The notes under the pieces are model-generated. The model saw nothing but the letters and a program-made list of their open reading frames with translations, was not told the DNA's origin and did no database searches. DNA of 63,340 bases, counting the filler, from an uncultured bacterium (lineage in GTDB: Bacteria; B130-G9): the NCBI GenBank assembly GCA_965372715.1. It is 5 parts of 5 records of this genome, joined end to end, with 100 filler letters (N's around TTAATTAATTAA, not from the genome) between each part and the next. Parts side by side here need not be neighbours in the genome. Positions count along the whole stretch, not along the records: positions 39,030 to 51,302 come from CBDVDH010000079.1; positions 51,403 to 63,340 come from CBDVDH010000080.1; 3 more parts are not named here. One strand, 5' to 3'. This document shows positions 40,655 to 51,473 of the stretch, piece after piece. The translations under genes were made by a program, and so were the position numbers. Positions within the stretch are counted from its first letter, which is position 1. Every line of letters starts with the position of its first letter.

Positions 40655-43069
40655 CTACTCAGTCTCCTTCGCCTTCTGGGCCTCGGCCCTTTCAAGGCCG
40701 GCACGGAACCGGTCGCTCTGGCCCCTACTGATCTTGACGAGCGCCTCGTATTGCTCGATGGCGCAGTCCCAGTCGCTCAGCTCCTCGCAGAGCGCCGCCA
40801 GGTTCATCCGGGCAGAGATGTGCTCTGGGATTGTGGAGATCGCCTTCTCGAAGTATCTCCGCGCCTCGGCCAGATCGCCGAGCGAGTAATGGACTGTACC
40901 GAGGTTGTTGAGGACCTTTATATTGTCCTCCTTGATCTTGAGGCAGCGCTCGTAGATCTCCTTGGCGTTCGTAAGCAAATCCCTTGCCCTCTTTGCATCG
41001 CCGCCACTCTGAGCGATCTGCTCGCCGATGCGCTGGTAGATAAGCGCCCTGTTGAAGAGCGGGGTCGCGTCCTTGGGGAGAATCTTTTGCGCATCGTCAT
41101 AATACTTCAGAGCAGACTCGTAATCCCCCATCTCCCGATAGACGTTGCCAAGCCGTATCATCGCGTCCCCATAGACAGGATTAAGCTCAAGCGCACGCTT
41201 GAATTGAATCAGCGCCTCGGCAAACTTCTTCCGGTTGTAGAGCACGTTGCCGTAATGGTTGACGACGTGGTCGAAATAGGGCGCGAGTTTGACCGCCATC
41301 TCGTTGTCCAACTCGGCAATCTCGTAGTTACCCGCCATGTTCTCGACGATTGACGAGAAATACCTGATCTCGTAGTTACGAGGCGCGGCCCACACCGCCT
41401 TGCGCAGATGGTCAAGGGACAGGTCGATGTTCTTCTTCCAGTCTTCAGCGTTCTGGGCGCCGTGGGCGAGGCCCTCGTAAAACTGTCCCTTGCCGAAGTG
41501 GTAGTTGGCCGAAAGCGCACGGAGCGGGATGGTGGTGCCGATGAGTAGGATCGCGATCAGAAGTATCCTCACCAGAACGATGCCGCTCGCTGTAGATTTG
41601 GCCTCGTCAATCTCTCCGTCGCCTCTGACGACTTTGCCGAAGACGTCGATTATTCTCGTTTGGAGACAGGGCCTGAAACTCCCGGTTACTACGCCATAGG
41701 TCGCCGCGAACAAGCCTAGCACAACGAAGAACGAGTGCGCCGAGCCCGGCAGCTGGAAGTTAGACGAGAAGAACGAGTGAACCAACATACCGGCGATGCC
41801 TCCCAAAAGGCCGAGCGACGCCGCGCGGAGAAAACTATCGTCGCAGCGCCTCGTCATTCGCCAGGCCATTTTCAGGACGACAAGGATGGTCCAAAGGAAA
41901 GCCGCAAACCCCAATACTCCTACCTCGACGAACGTCTGCACGTAGTCGTTGTGCGCCTTGTAAATCACCTTGTCCCAGCCAGTGTTACGCCGCTCGTCAA
42001 CAGTCCTGTGTTTGGGGTATATCACCTTGAAATTGCCCAGGCCGGCGCCAAGCGGCTCTTCCTTGACCACGCGAAGCGAGGACTTCCAGACGAGGAACCG
42101 AAACTGAGTCGGCTTGTCCTTCATGTCGAATATAGTTCGGAACTTGTGCGCAACGCTCTTGCCCTCGTCGTCCTTGATGAGCGGACTCGCGGCGGCAAAC
42201 AGAACGATGGCGATTGCGGCGACCGAAACGAACAGCTTTCGATGAGGCGAGAAGAGTAGCATGACGGCTATCGCGGCGATCGTTCCGACCCACGCGCCTC
42301 GGCAGAACGTTATGCCTAGGTAGATGACGACAACGATCGCGCACAGAACGGTCAGGACGGGGACGAGTCGCGTTTTCTTCCAGCGACCAAGTCCCCAGGC
42401 AGCCATACTGAGCGCGAGCGGGACCACCGTAACCAAGTATTGCCCGGCGAAGTTGGCGTGGCCGAACATCGAGCAGTAGGTCTCGCGATTGTACGTGTCA
42501 ATCCCGGGCTCAAGCTCCGGGATGCCCACCGTCTCGAGCGCCCTGTTCAGCGCGGCCACAGGGGGCGACTCGTGATAATACTGCAAGACCCCAATAGCCG
42601 AGACGATAAAGGCGGCGGCAAGGATGACGGGTATCACCCTCCTGAGTGCCGACTTAGATGTGATCAGATTGGGCGCGGCCAGGAAGAAGAATGCCGCCGT
42701 CAGTAGAAAGAACAGCCGATCAAATCCCGCCCAGATGTTCGTGGCATAGACGAGCGTGATTACACCGAGCCCCAGGGACACTCCGACCGGAAATCCAAGC
42801 GGCGAGACGCATATTCTGGCCACGTCGCTTTCTGTCAGTCCATAGATGAAAAAGACGAACAGCGCGAGACCCAATAGCTCCACTACGGCGTGCTTGGGCG
42901 CGGTGTACTTATCGAAAGCTTCGTCATCGGCGCACAGCGGGACGACGACAACGGAGAGCAGCAGGATGAGGAAAGCGAGGCGATTTGAGAAGACCATATT
43001 CTTGACCGCTGCAAACGCTTGAGGAAGTGATTGTCTCGCCACGATATTGGCTACCACGAAGTTGACCAT
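40655..43069 (-). CDS. O-antigen ligase/O-oligosaccharyltransferase-like (Wzy_C) membrane protein with C-terminal TPRs
   Basis: About 12 TM segments, GHANFAGQYL, TFCRGAW, PLGAGLGNF, AHNDYVQ, TPRs. Confidence 0.85.
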   Translation of the reverse strand: MVNFVVANIVARQSLPQAFAAVKNMVFSNRLAFLILLLSVVVVPLCADDEAFDKYTAPKHAVVELLGLALFVFFIYGLTESDVARICVSPLGFPVGVSLGLGVITLVYATNIWAGFDRLFFLLTAAFFFLAAPNLITSKSALRRVIPVILAAAFIVSAIGVLQYYHESPPVAALNRALETVGIPELEPGIDTYNRETYCSMFGHANFAGQYLVTVVPLALSMAAWGLGRWKKTRLVPVLTVLCAIVVVIYLGITFCRGAWVGTIAAIAVMLLFSPHRKLFVSVAAIAIVLFAAASPLIKDDEGKSVAHKFRTIFDMKDKPTQFRFLVWKSSLRVVKEEPLGAGLGNFKVIYPKHRTVDERRNTGWDKVIYKAHNDYVQTFVEVGVLGFAAFLWTILVVLKMAWRMTRRCDDSFLRAASLGLLGGIAGMLVHSFFSSNFQLPGSAHSFFVVLGLFAATYGVVTGSFRPCLQTRIIDVFGKVVRGDGEIDEAKSTASGIVLVRILLIAILLIGTTIPLRALSANYHFGKGQFYEGLAHGAQNAEDWKKNIDLSLDHLRKAVWAAPRNYEIRYFSSIVENMAGNYEIAELDNEMAVKLAPYFDHVVNHYGNVLYNRKKFAEALIQFKRALELNPVYGDAMIRLGNVYREMGDYESALKYYDDAQKILPKDATPLFNRALIYQRIGEQIAQSGGDAKRARDLLTNAKEIYERCLKIKEDNIKVLNNLGTVHYSLGDLAEARRYFEKAISTIPEHISARMNLAALCEELSDWDCAIEQYEALVKISRGQSDRFRAGLERAEAQKAKETE

Positions 43070-45279
43070 TAGTTGAGTTTGACTAGCCGCTTGAGCGCGT
43101 CGGACGCCGCTTTGAGGTCCGGCTTGATCCTAAGGGCGATCCTATAATGATGTGCCGCCTTGTCAATCTCCGAGCGTTTCTCATAAATCTGAGCTAGGTT
43201 AAGATGCGGCTGGAATACGTCGCCCGGGAGGTTCGCGGCCTTTTCAAAGACCAAGATGGCCTCATCATCCTTTCGCCGAGCCAGCAGGACCATGCCGAGG
43301 TTGTTAAGCAAGTTGGGGTTGTCTGGACTCCTCTTCAGTGCATCCTCAAGGACCTTTTGAGCCAATTCAGGCTTCTCCTGGGCCATGAGCGCCTCAGCCA
43401 GCTTCGAGAAGGCCATAATGTCGCTCGGCGACAGCGAGAGCACTTCTCGGAAGGCCCCCTCCGCCTCCTTGTGCTTGCCCAAAGATTGCAGCACGCCGCC
43501 GTAATTGAGCCAGGCCTCCCGAAACTCCGGGTCGAGCTCGACGGCCTTGCCAAAGGCTATGTATGCATCGATGAGCGAGCCCGGGTCGCGTGCAAGGCCG
43601 GCTCTTTGGGAATACGCTACACCGATATTGTTCTGCACTTGCGGCCAAAACGGGGAAAGCTCGACGGCCGGTTTCAGGACATCGATCGCCTCCTGATACT
43701 CCTGATTCAAGAGGTGCAGGTTGGCTAGAAGGATTCTCGGCTCGATGTAATGTCCCGCGAACAAGAGTGAAGTCCGCAGAGCTTGTTTTGCCCCGGAGAC
43801 GTCGCCTCGCGCGATTAGGGTTCGCGCCTTGCACAGGCCGTGGTCCGCAACGAGAAAAAAGATAGGTCGAACGACCATCAGAACGCCCAGAACGGCGAGT
43901 CCGACAACCGCAACGGGCTTGACGACGCTTGTCAATCTCAGCGGCCGAATCTGTCCGTTGGAAAGCGTCCCTGCAAGAATGCCTAGGTTGACCGCAAGCA
44001 TCGTGGCGGAGGCGGGCATCGTGAAGTTACTGCTGAAGAACGCGTGCACCAGCGTTGCGGCTATCGCGCTTGAGGCGCCGATTGCGATGACAGGAACGCC
44101 GCTCGGCGCTCCTTTGTTGCGCAGCCTCGCAAGAAGCGGCCAGGCGACCGCGCCCAGGAGGTAAAAAGACGCCGCAAGGCCAAAGAGCCCGCTCTCGGTC
44201 ACGAGCTTGACGTAGTCGTTGTGCGGAGAGCGCACGCTGATGCTGGCCCCGGCGATTCGGTGCTCCTCGGGCAGCCGAACTGAGGGGTAGTAAAGGGAGA
44301 ACGCGCCGCAGCCGACACCGAGGAGCGGGTGCTGCTTGACCAGCCGAAGCGCCCCTTCCCAGAGCTTGAGCCTGAACGCGATGGGAGCGTCGGATAGATC
44401 GACGGCTGTCTGGGCCTTCTGAATGGCAGAAGTGCCCTTTTCTCTTTCACTCAGGGAGAAGGCGAGTACCCCGACGGCGACGAATACCGCGGCGAACGCG
44501 ATCCAGACGGTCATTCCTTTGCGATGCAACCCGTTCACGGCGCCCCGACGCCTTGGGCAAAACCATCGCCAAATAATCAGTGCGGCAAACACGATGACGG
44601 ACGCGACTAGGCCCGCCCACGCCCCCCTGCTGAACGTGATCGAGAGAAAGACAAGCATGACACAGCTGGCCAAAAGAGCGGCGCCCGCAACTGCAAACTT
44701 GTCTCTTTCGACCGCACTGACAACGAGCGCCATCCCAAGCGGGATAACCGCAATGAGGTATTGCCCGGCGAAGTTGTCGTGCCCGAGCGTTGCGCCGAAC
44801 ATTGGGAAGCCATAGCTGTCTCGAATCGAGGGGAAGATGGCCCCGGTAACAAAATGGATTATTCCGAGCACCGAGATGCAAGACGCGACGATGACGGCGG
44901 CGCCTGTGATCGATGCTGCCCGGCGGGGGCTCGCAATTGTCGTAGTAACGACAAACAGGGCGAGCAGGGCGCCAACTCGCAGGAACTCGTTGAGCGACAT
45001 TCCTGGATTCAGTGTGGCGGGCATCGACGCGAGCTGGGAAAGCGCAAGGACGATTATCGGAGCCAGCAGCCACCGAGGGAATTGAAGCGAATTACCAACA
45101 ACGGCGAGAATTACGGCCAGCACCGCCACAGCGCCAAGAAGCATCAGGGCAGTGTTCTTTATTGCAATATAGCCGTCCGAGGTGAGTGAGTTAGAGAAGA
45201 TCGATGGGACCACAACCACCGTGGTCAGCACAAGCGCGGTTACGACCTGTGCGTTCGAGAGTCGCTGTTTTCTTAGCAA
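43069..45279 (-). CDS. Second Wzy_C plus TPR protein (paralogue)
   Basis: GHDNFAGQYL, TFSRGAW, PLLGVGCG.F, PHNDYVK, TPRs. Confidence 0.85.
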   Translation of the reverse strand: MLRKQRLSNAQVVTALVLTTVVVVPSIFSNSLTSDGYIAIKNTALMLLGAVAVLAVILAVVGNSLQFPRWLLAPIIVLALSQLASMPATLNPGMSLNEFLRVGALLALFVVTTTIASPRRAASITGAAVIVASCISVLGIIHFVTGAIFPSIRDSYGFPMFGATLGHDNFAGQYLIAVIPLGMALVVSAVERDKFAVAGAALLASCVMLVFLSITFSRGAWAGLVASVIVFAALIIWRWFCPRRRGAVNGLHRKGMTVWIAFAAVFVAVGVLAFSLSEREKGTSAIQKAQTAVDLSDAPIAFRLKLWEGALRLVKQHPLLGVGCGAFSLYYPSVRLPEEHRIAGASISVRSPHNDYVKLVTESGLFGLAASFYLLGAVAWPLLARLRNKGAPSGVPVIAIGASSAIAATLVHAFFSSNFTMPASATMLAVNLGILAGTLSNGQIRPLRLTSVVKPVAVVGLAVLGVLMVVRPIFFLVADHGLCKARTLIARGDVSGAKQALRTSLLFAGHYIEPRILLANLHLLNQEYQEAIDVLKPAVELSPFWPQVQNNIGVAYSQRAGLARDPGSLIDAYIAFGKAVELDPEFREAWLNYGGVLQSLGKHKEAEGAFREVLSLSPSDIMAFSKLAEALMAQEKPELAQKVLEDALKRSPDNPNLLNNLGMVLLARRKDDEAILVFEKAANLPGDVFQPHLNLAQIYEKRSEIDKAAHHYRIALRIKPDLKAASDALKRLVKLN

Positions 45280-45338
45280 GCCACCATCCGTCCCGATGCT
45301 TGCGGTCCATCAAGACACTGCGGGGTCTGCGCCCCATT

Positions 45339-45554
45339 TTATTCCCTTGGGACCATAACGATCTGATCGTAATACTGCGTGGCCTGCTCAACTATTGCAA
45401 GATATGCCGAATAGCAGCGGCCGCACGGACAAAGGATGGTTCCGCTTGCCTTGCCGATTCTCAACAGCTGGCCGCACCTACATTTGAGTATGTGCTCATC
45501 TGATTTTGACGTCGCAACATATTCAGAATCGCGAAGTATCCGGTCAATTCTCAT
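45339..45554 (-). CDS. Small putative zinc-ribbon protein
   Basis: Strong RBS TAAGGAG; CRCG...CPCG pair of knuckles. Confidence 0.6.
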   Translation of the reverse strand: MRIDRILRDSEYVATSKSDEHILKCRCGQLLRIGKASGTILCPCGRCYSAYLAIVEQATQYYDQIVMVPRE

Positions 45555-45740
45555 ATATGCTCCTTATCAGAGGTTCGCGCATCCAACACCGATTCCCATT
45601 CAAGTAGGATAAATCGAACGAATCGCCCGGGATATATAGAGTCAATTAGAAATGAGCCTATGCAGGTTGGACCTTCCAGAGATAGCCGACAACTGGGATT
45701 AGCTTTGTAGGGGCGGCTCGTGAGCCGCCCTAAACTCCGG

Positions 45741-45965
45741 ATCACCGCGTTTTAACGCGGTGATATAGATGATTCTCACGAAATTAACACCCGATTTCAA
45801 TCGGGTGACCTGACGATGCCTCGGCGCGCCCTCCCCTCCCCAGAATCCTCATCTGAAGAGGATGGAGGGGAGGGTGTCCGGGTCGCAACAATCCCCGAAT
45901 AAATTCGGGCGCTGATATAATAGTAGTCTCTCTGCATCGCCACCGCTTGCGCCGGGCGATGAGGC
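45741..45965. repeat. Cluster of palindromes (REP-like)
   Basis: ATCACCGCGTTTTAACGCGGTGAT, CACCCGATTTCAATCGGGTG, CCCTCCCCTCC...GGAGGGGAGGG, CCCGAATAAATTCGGG. Confidence 0.65.
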
Positions 45966-46104
45966 CTCAACGCTAATCTTTCACTTGAAGTTTCACCCGT
46001 TCCCGGAGTAGAATAGTCGTTGTGTATTCCTATATTCTAATCTGTGTTCCGCGCACAAGTCGCCGGCACAAATAACATCAACTTCCCTGAAAGGAGGGAA
46101 ACGG

Positions 46105-47316
46105 ATGAGAGCAGCTGTTGTTTGTGTTGTTTTCGCACTAGTCTGCGCTGTTTGGACGATGGCCCTGGCTGAGCCCACGGTTACAATCGAGACCGACCAG
46201 ACCAGCTATCAGTCTGGCGACACAATTGAGGTCACGTTAGGTGTGGAGAACCCAGAGGGTGCCACGACGCTCGATTTGTGCGTCGGACTGCTGATGCCTG
46301 ACGGGAGCATATATGCCCTGGGGCCGGACGGCTGGGTTCCTGCAATAGTGCCCTGGAACGCAGAGGTAAGGATGCCCGGGCAGTTCGACATGACTGCACA
46401 CTTCCGCTTCGGGGTTCCTTCAGTGCTGCCTGCGCCCCCGATTAGCCAAGATGGAGAATACTACTTCGCCTCGCTCTGCTTAGGCCCTGGGACCTGGAGC
46501 TGGGCCAGTAACCTTAGCCTGGCGCCATTCAGCTACGATTCAGCAGGCCCATCAATACCAATGGTCTCGATCCCCGCCGGGTCGTTCGTGATGGGCTCTT
46601 CGAGCGACGAGTCGGGAAGCATTGCGCACGAGAGGCCACAGCGGACCGTGAACATCTCGGCGTTTCAGATGTCTGAGATGGAAGTGACACAGAAGCAATG
46701 GGAAGACATAATGGGCTGGAATCCCAGCTATTACAGCGGCGATGACCATCCCGTCGAGTGTGTTAATTGGTTCGATTGCGTGAGTTTCTGTAACAAGTTG
46801 TCGCAAGCGAACGGCTACGCTCAATGCTACACAATGGCGAACGTGACCTATGACGATAATCACATCGCTTCGGCGGACGTGTCGTGTAATTTCGACGCGA
46901 ATGGCTATCGCTTGCCAACGGAGGCGGAGTGGGAGTATGCCTGTCGGGCCGGGACAACGACTCGGTTTTATACGGGCGATTCGGATTCTGATCTTGGGCG
47001 TGCTGGCTGGTATGCTGGCAATTCGGGTTCAACGACACACACGGTTGGCGAGAAGGAGCCGAACGCTTGGGGTCTTTACGACATGCACGGGAGTGTTGAG
47101 GAGTGGTGTTGGGACTGGTATTCGTCAAGTTATTACGGAACGCGGCCAGATCCGGACAGTGATCCTACGGGTCCTACTAGTGGCGACGACCGGCTCGTAC
47201 GCGGCGGCCACTGTAACAACCTCTCCCAGAACTGCCGTTCGGCGCACCGCTGGGTGCACTACCCGAGCTACCGGTACCACAACGCCGGTTTTCGCGTGGC
47301 CAGGTCATCTAATTGA
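46105..47316 (+). CDS. Secreted FGE-sulfatase/SUMF1 (C-lectin fold) domain protein; candidate DGR target
   Basis: Signal peptide; IPAGSFVMGS, EVTQ, PV..VNW, YRLPTEAEWEYACRAG, PNAWGLYDMHG, RGG...GFRVAR at the extreme C-terminus. Confidence 0.9.
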   Translation: MRAAVVCVVFALVCAVWTMALAEPTVTIETDQTSYQSGDTIEVTLGVENPEGATTLDLCVGLLMPDGSIYALGPDGWVPAIVPWNAEVRMPGQFDMTAHFRFGVPSVLPAPPISQDGEYYFASLCLGPGTWSWASNLSLAPFSYDSAGPSIPMVSIPAGSFVMGSSSDESGSIAHERPQRTVNISAFQMSEMEVTQKQWEDIMGWNPSYYSGDDHPVECVNWFDCVSFCNKLSQANGYAQCYTMANVTYDDNHIASADVSCNFDANGYRLPTEAEWEYACRAGTTTRFYTGDSDSDLGRAGWYAGNSGSTTHTVGEKEPNAWGLYDMHGSVEEWCWDWYSSSYYGTRPDPDSDPTGPTSGDDRLVRGGHCNNLSQNCRSAHRWVHYPSYRYHNAGFRVARSSN

Positions 47317-47561
47317 TCACCTGCTTACTTTGCCATTTTGCCACCTGCGGTGTAGGACGTTCGCCGCGCGGCGAATGTCCACTGTGTGAAATGCGAGGGG
47401 TCAAAAAGAGCGCAGGCTCAAGTTCGCCGAAAGGCGAATCCGCCTCCCAGCGTGAAAGACCCTTCGCCTGACCCTATGAGGATTATGAGGAGGGGGAGTG
47501 AGTCAGGCTCCCCCGAATCCCACAGCTGAAGCCGGGCGATGAGGCGCCGCGACACTGAGCG

Positions 47562-48977
47562 CTATCGGATCTTGATGCTGGAATACCTGAATAGGTCGAA
47601 CTGCGAGGACTTGGCCGCCCTATGCACAATGGGGTATTTTCCTGTAAAGCAAGCGGCGCAATAGCCTCTCGCGTCGTCCCCGAGCACGGAGAACATTCCT
47701 TTTGTTGAAAGGTAAGAGAGCGTGTCCGCGCCGATGAATTCCCTGATCTCTTCGATCGTATTGTTGCTGGCGATCAGCTCCTCCTCGCTCGGGGTGTCAA
47801 TCCCATATATGCACGGATGCCTGTAGGGAGGTGACGTAACTCCGTAGTGAATTCTCTTGGCCCCAGCGCTTCGGAGCATATCGATTATTTTCCTGCAGGT
47901 AGTTCCTCTGACGATCGAATCGTCGATAACGATCACCTCTTTGCCGCAGACCACGTCGCGGATCGGGTTGAGCTTTAGCTTGACGCCAAAATGCCTGATC
48001 GACTGCTTAGGCTCGATAAACGTCCTGCCGACGTAGTGGTTCCTGGTAAAGCCCTTCTCCCGGAATATGCCCGACTCCTGGGAGTAGCCAATCGAGGCGC
48101 AGATGCCCGAGTCAGGCACAGGGATTACGATGTCGCCCCGAACGCCACACTCCCTCGCAAGCACTGCGCCGAAGTCTTTGCGGACGACGTGGGCGGGCTT
48201 TGAGAATACGAGGCTGTCCGGCCGGGCGAAGTAGATCAGCTCGAATATGCACCTCGCCTTTCGCTTGACGGGGAATGGGAAGTAGCTGTTGAGCTCACCA
48301 TCTCTGATGACAACAATCTCGCCCGGCTCCACTTCACGCAGGTATTCCGCCCCAATCAGATCGAACGCGCAAGTCTCAGACGCAATGACGTGAGCCCCGT
48401 CCAGCTTTCCCAAAACCAGCGGCCTGAAGCCCTTGGGGTCTCGCGCGGCAATCAGCGTGTCCTGAGTCATCATCACGAGACTATAGGCGCCCTTCAGCTT
48501 GGAAAGCGCCTCGACAACCGCGTCCTCAATGCTCGTCATTCTCGATCTCGCGATGAGGTGAACGATCGTCTCGCTGTCTGAAGTTGTCTGAAAGATCGAG
48601 CCGCGCTTCTCAAGCTCAGTGCGAACATCGAGCGAATTGACCAAGTTGCCGTTGTGCGCCATCGCAATTGAGCCTTTAGCGCAGTCCACAAGTATCGGCT
48701 GGGCATTCTCGATTTCGGTGGCGCCTGTCGTCGAATACCTCACATGACCGAGCGCCGAATCGCCAATCAATTTGTCCAACTTGGGCTGGTCAAACACGTC
48801 CGCCACGAGGCCCATCCCCTTTGCCGCTCGGAGACGGCCATTTGACCTGGAGACAATCCCGCAGCTCTCCTGCCCCCGGTGCTGAAGCGCATAGAGGCCA
48901 AGATAGACGAGATTGGCCGCCTCGCGGTGGCCCAAAACAGCGATTAAGCCACAGCTGTGCGCTATTTCGTCAATCAT
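47562..48977 (-). CDS. purF: Amidophosphoribosyltransferase
   Basis: Short propeptide then CG, LQHRGQE, GHVRYST, VIDDSIVRGTT, C-terminal CAACF. Confidence 0.97.
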   Translation of the reverse strand: MIDEIAHSCGLIAVLGHREAANLVYLGLYALQHRGQESCGIVSRSNGRLRAAKGMGLVADVFDQPKLDKLIGDSALGHVRYSTTGATEIENAQPILVDCAKGSIAMAHNGNLVNSLDVRTELEKRGSIFQTTSDSETIVHLIARSRMTSIEDAVVEALSKLKGAYSLVMMTQDTLIAARDPKGFRPLVLGKLDGAHVIASETCAFDLIGAEYLREVEPGEIVVIRDGELNSYFPFPVKRKARCIFELIYFARPDSLVFSKPAHVVRKDFGAVLARECGVRGDIVIPVPDSGICASIGYSQESGIFREKGFTRNHYVGRTFIEPKQSIRHFGVKLKLNPIRDVVCGKEVIVIDDSIVRGTTCRKIIDMLRSAGAKRIHYGVTSPPYRHPCIYGIDTPSEEELIASNNTIEEIREFIGADTLSYLSTKGMFSVLGDDARGYCAACFTGKYPIVHRAAKSSQFDLFRYSSIKIR

Positions 48978-49010
48978 AGCTACCACGCTCACATACAACG
49001 ATTGCAGGCA

Positions 49011-51227
49011 TCAGCTAGAACCTCCTGTCAGCATATTCTCCAGGCTTTCTGCCCATCTCCGCCTGAGACGGTCGCTTTCAACCCTCAGGAGAACCGTCTG
49101 GCCCTGGTTGACCTCAACCGTCTCCTGCCCGACCTCACCCAAAACCAGATGCTCAAGTTCGACTTTACTCAGATAATCCGTGACGCGCCCGGCGTTCTCC
49201 GCCTTCACGGAGATTATAGCCCTTGAAGGCGTCTCCGCAAACAGCCACGAGATTGGCTCCGCTTCGTTTGGGAGCAAGACCCTGACGCCGGACGATGAGC
49301 CATTGCGGGCGCCGAAGCAGCTCTCCAGAAGCGACATTGCTACCCCCCCCTCGGAGCAGTCGTGAGCCGATTGCAGCAATCCGTCCCTCCCGAGTTTGAG
49401 AATCGCCTGCGAAATCCGCTTATGAGCGTTAAGATCTACTGGAACCAGTTGTCCCCCAAGGTCGCCCGCTATGACTTTCGCTAGTTCTGAGCCGTCGAGT
49501 CGCGGAACTGTCCTTCCAAGCAAGAAAACGACATCTCTGGCCTGTTGAAATCGATGCCTCACGACAGTTCGGACATCCTCAACCAGACCAACCATACCGA
49601 TGACAGGGGTCGGATAGACGTTCTCGCCGAGCGTCTCGTTGTAGAAGCTGACATTCCCGCCCGTAACCGGGACGCGGAGGACCTCACACGCTTCTTTCAC
49701 TCCCCTAACCGACTCGGCGAATTGCCACATCACCTCGGGGTCCTCGGGGTTGCCGAAGTTGAGGCAGTTAGTGATGGCGAGCGGCTCGGCGCCTGTGCAG
49801 CAGACGTTCAAATAGGCCTCGGCCACGGCCGCAACGCCGCCCTGATAAGGGTCAAGAGCCGTTTTGGCGCCGCTGCCGTCGAGGCAGAGCGCGACGCCCT
49901 TCCTCGTGCCCTTGATACGCATCACAGCGGCGTCTGCCCCGGGACCCACGACCGTGTTCGTCCCGATCAGATGATCATATTGCTCAAACACCCAGCGCTT
50001 CTCGCAGAGGTCCGGTGCGGCGATGATCGTCTCGATTGCGTCCTTCAGGTTGATGTGTTCGTGATCGAACGCCCCCAACCTAGCGATTCCGGAGGGCTCT
50101 GCAACGGGCCTATTACAGACAGGGCAGCCGTCGATCAGCAGCGCAAGCGGCATGTCGGCCACATCCTCCGGCCCATCGTTGACGCAGAGCCTGCCCTCAT
50201 CTGTTACGACCCCAATTGAAACGGCCTTGACGCCCCACCTCTTGAACACGTCCAGGACCTGCCGCTCACGTTTTGCTTCTGTAACGAGCAGCATCCGCTC
50301 CTGCGATTCGGACAGCATCATCTCATAAGGCGTGAGGTTGTCCACACGCCTGGGCACCTTGGACAGGTCGATTCTGAGGCCGGTTCCGCTCCTGAAGGCC
50401 ATCTCGGACGTTGAGCACGTCAGCCCGGCCGCGCCCATGTCCTGTATTCCCACGATCAGGCCCTTGCCCATTAGTTCGAGGCAAGCCTCCATGACGAGCT
50501 TCTCGGCAAACGGGTCGCCGACCTGCACCGTTGGGCGCCTCGCCTCGCTCGTCTCATCGAACGCCGCGGAGGCCATGGTCGCACCGTGGAGGCCGTCCCG
50601 GCCCGTCCTTGAGCCCGCGTAGATCACCAAGTTTCCCGGGCCGGCCGCCTTGCCGTAGAACACCTTGTCCTTTTGGGCTAGGCCGGCGCACATGACGTTG
50701 ACCAACGGATTCTTAGCGTAGCAATCCGCAAACAGCGTCTGGCCGCCGACAGTCGGGACGCCGATGCAGTTGCCGTAGGACGATATCCCCGAGACAACGC
50801 CGCTCATCGTATAGCGGTTTCTAGCATTGTCGAGGGCGCCAAAATGAAGCGAGTCCAGTATTGCGAATGGCCGCGCGCCCATCGTGAAGATGTCGCGAAG
50901 AATGCCGCCGACGCCCGTCGCCGCGCCCTGAAAAGGCTCGATAAACGATGGGTGGTTGTGCGATTCGATCTTAAAGACGAGCGCGATATTGTCCCCAAGG
51001 TCGATAACGCCGGCGTTCTCGCCCGGGCCTTGTATGACCCGCTCGCCGCTCGTGGGGAGCGTCTTAAGATACGGCTTGGAGCTCTTGTAGTAGCAGTGCT
51101 CCGACCACATGACCGAGAACATGCCGAGCTCGACACGGTTCGGCGTCCTGCCAAGCCCCTCCACGATGCGGCCGTATTCCTCTTCCGTGAGGTTGTTCTC
51201 CTTCAGCAGTTCAGAAAGATCGGCCAT
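49011..51227 (-). CDS. purL: Phosphoribosylformylglycinamidine synthase subunit PurL (small type)
   Basis: [43 protein letters not shown]. Confidence 0.97.
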   Translation of the reverse strand: MADLSELLKENNLTEEEYGRIVEGLGRTPNRVELGMFSVMWSEHCYYKSSKPYLKTLPTSGERVIQGPGENAGVIDLGDNIALVFKIESHNHPSFIEPFQGAATGVGGILRDIFTMGARPFAILDSLHFGALDNARNRYTMSGVVSGISSYGNCIGVPTVGGQTLFADCYAKNPLVNVMCAGLAQKDKVFYGKAAGPGNLVIYAGSRTGRDGLHGATMASAAFDETSEARRPTVQVGDPFAEKLVMEACLELMGKGLIVGIQDMGAAGLTCSTSEMAFRSGTGLRIDLSKVPRRVDNLTPYEMMLSESQERMLLVTEAKRERQVLDVFKRWGVKAVSIGVVTDEGRLCVNDGPEDVADMPLALLIDGCPVCNRPVAEPSGIARLGAFDHEHINLKDAIETIIAAPDLCEKRWVFEQYDHLIGTNTVVGPGADAAVMRIKGTRKGVALCLDGSGAKTALDPYQGGVAAVAEAYLNVCCTGAEPLAITNCLNFGNPEDPEVMWQFAESVRGVKEACEVLRVPVTGGNVSFYNETLGENVYPTPVIGMVGLVEDVRTVVRHRFQQARDVVFLLGRTVPRLDGSELAKVIAGDLGGQLVPVDLNAHKRISQAILKLGRDGLLQSAHDCSEGGVAMSLLESCFGARNGSSSGVRVLLPNEAEPISWLFAETPSRAIISVKAENAGRVTDYLSKVELEHLVLGEVGQETVEVNQGQTVLLRVESDRLRRRWAESLENMLTGGSS

Positions 51228-51473
51228 GTTATTCAAAGCTCTTCCGTGAGAATGGTTGCGGATACATCAACGTAGGGGCGGTGCTTGCCCCGCCCTTCAT
51301 ACNNNNNNNNNNNNNNNNNNNNNNNNNNNNNNNNNNNNNNNNNNNNTTAATTAATTAANNNNNNNNNNNNNNNNNNNNNNNNNNNNNNNNNNNNNNNNNN
51401 NNCCGCCCTTGTCTGACGCGACCGAACGTATGAAGGGCGGGGCAAGCACCGCCCCTACAAAGCTGGCCCCCAC

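Noticed and set aside
46105-47316. True formylglycine-generating enzyme
   Set aside because: The catalytic Cys-pair motif of FGE is not evident and no sulfatase is nearby
45951-47545. 15-bp direct repeat GCCGGGCGATGAGGC flanking the FGE-domain gene (45951, 47531)
   Set aside because: More simply explained as pieces of a dispersed palindrome family than as a target-site duplication
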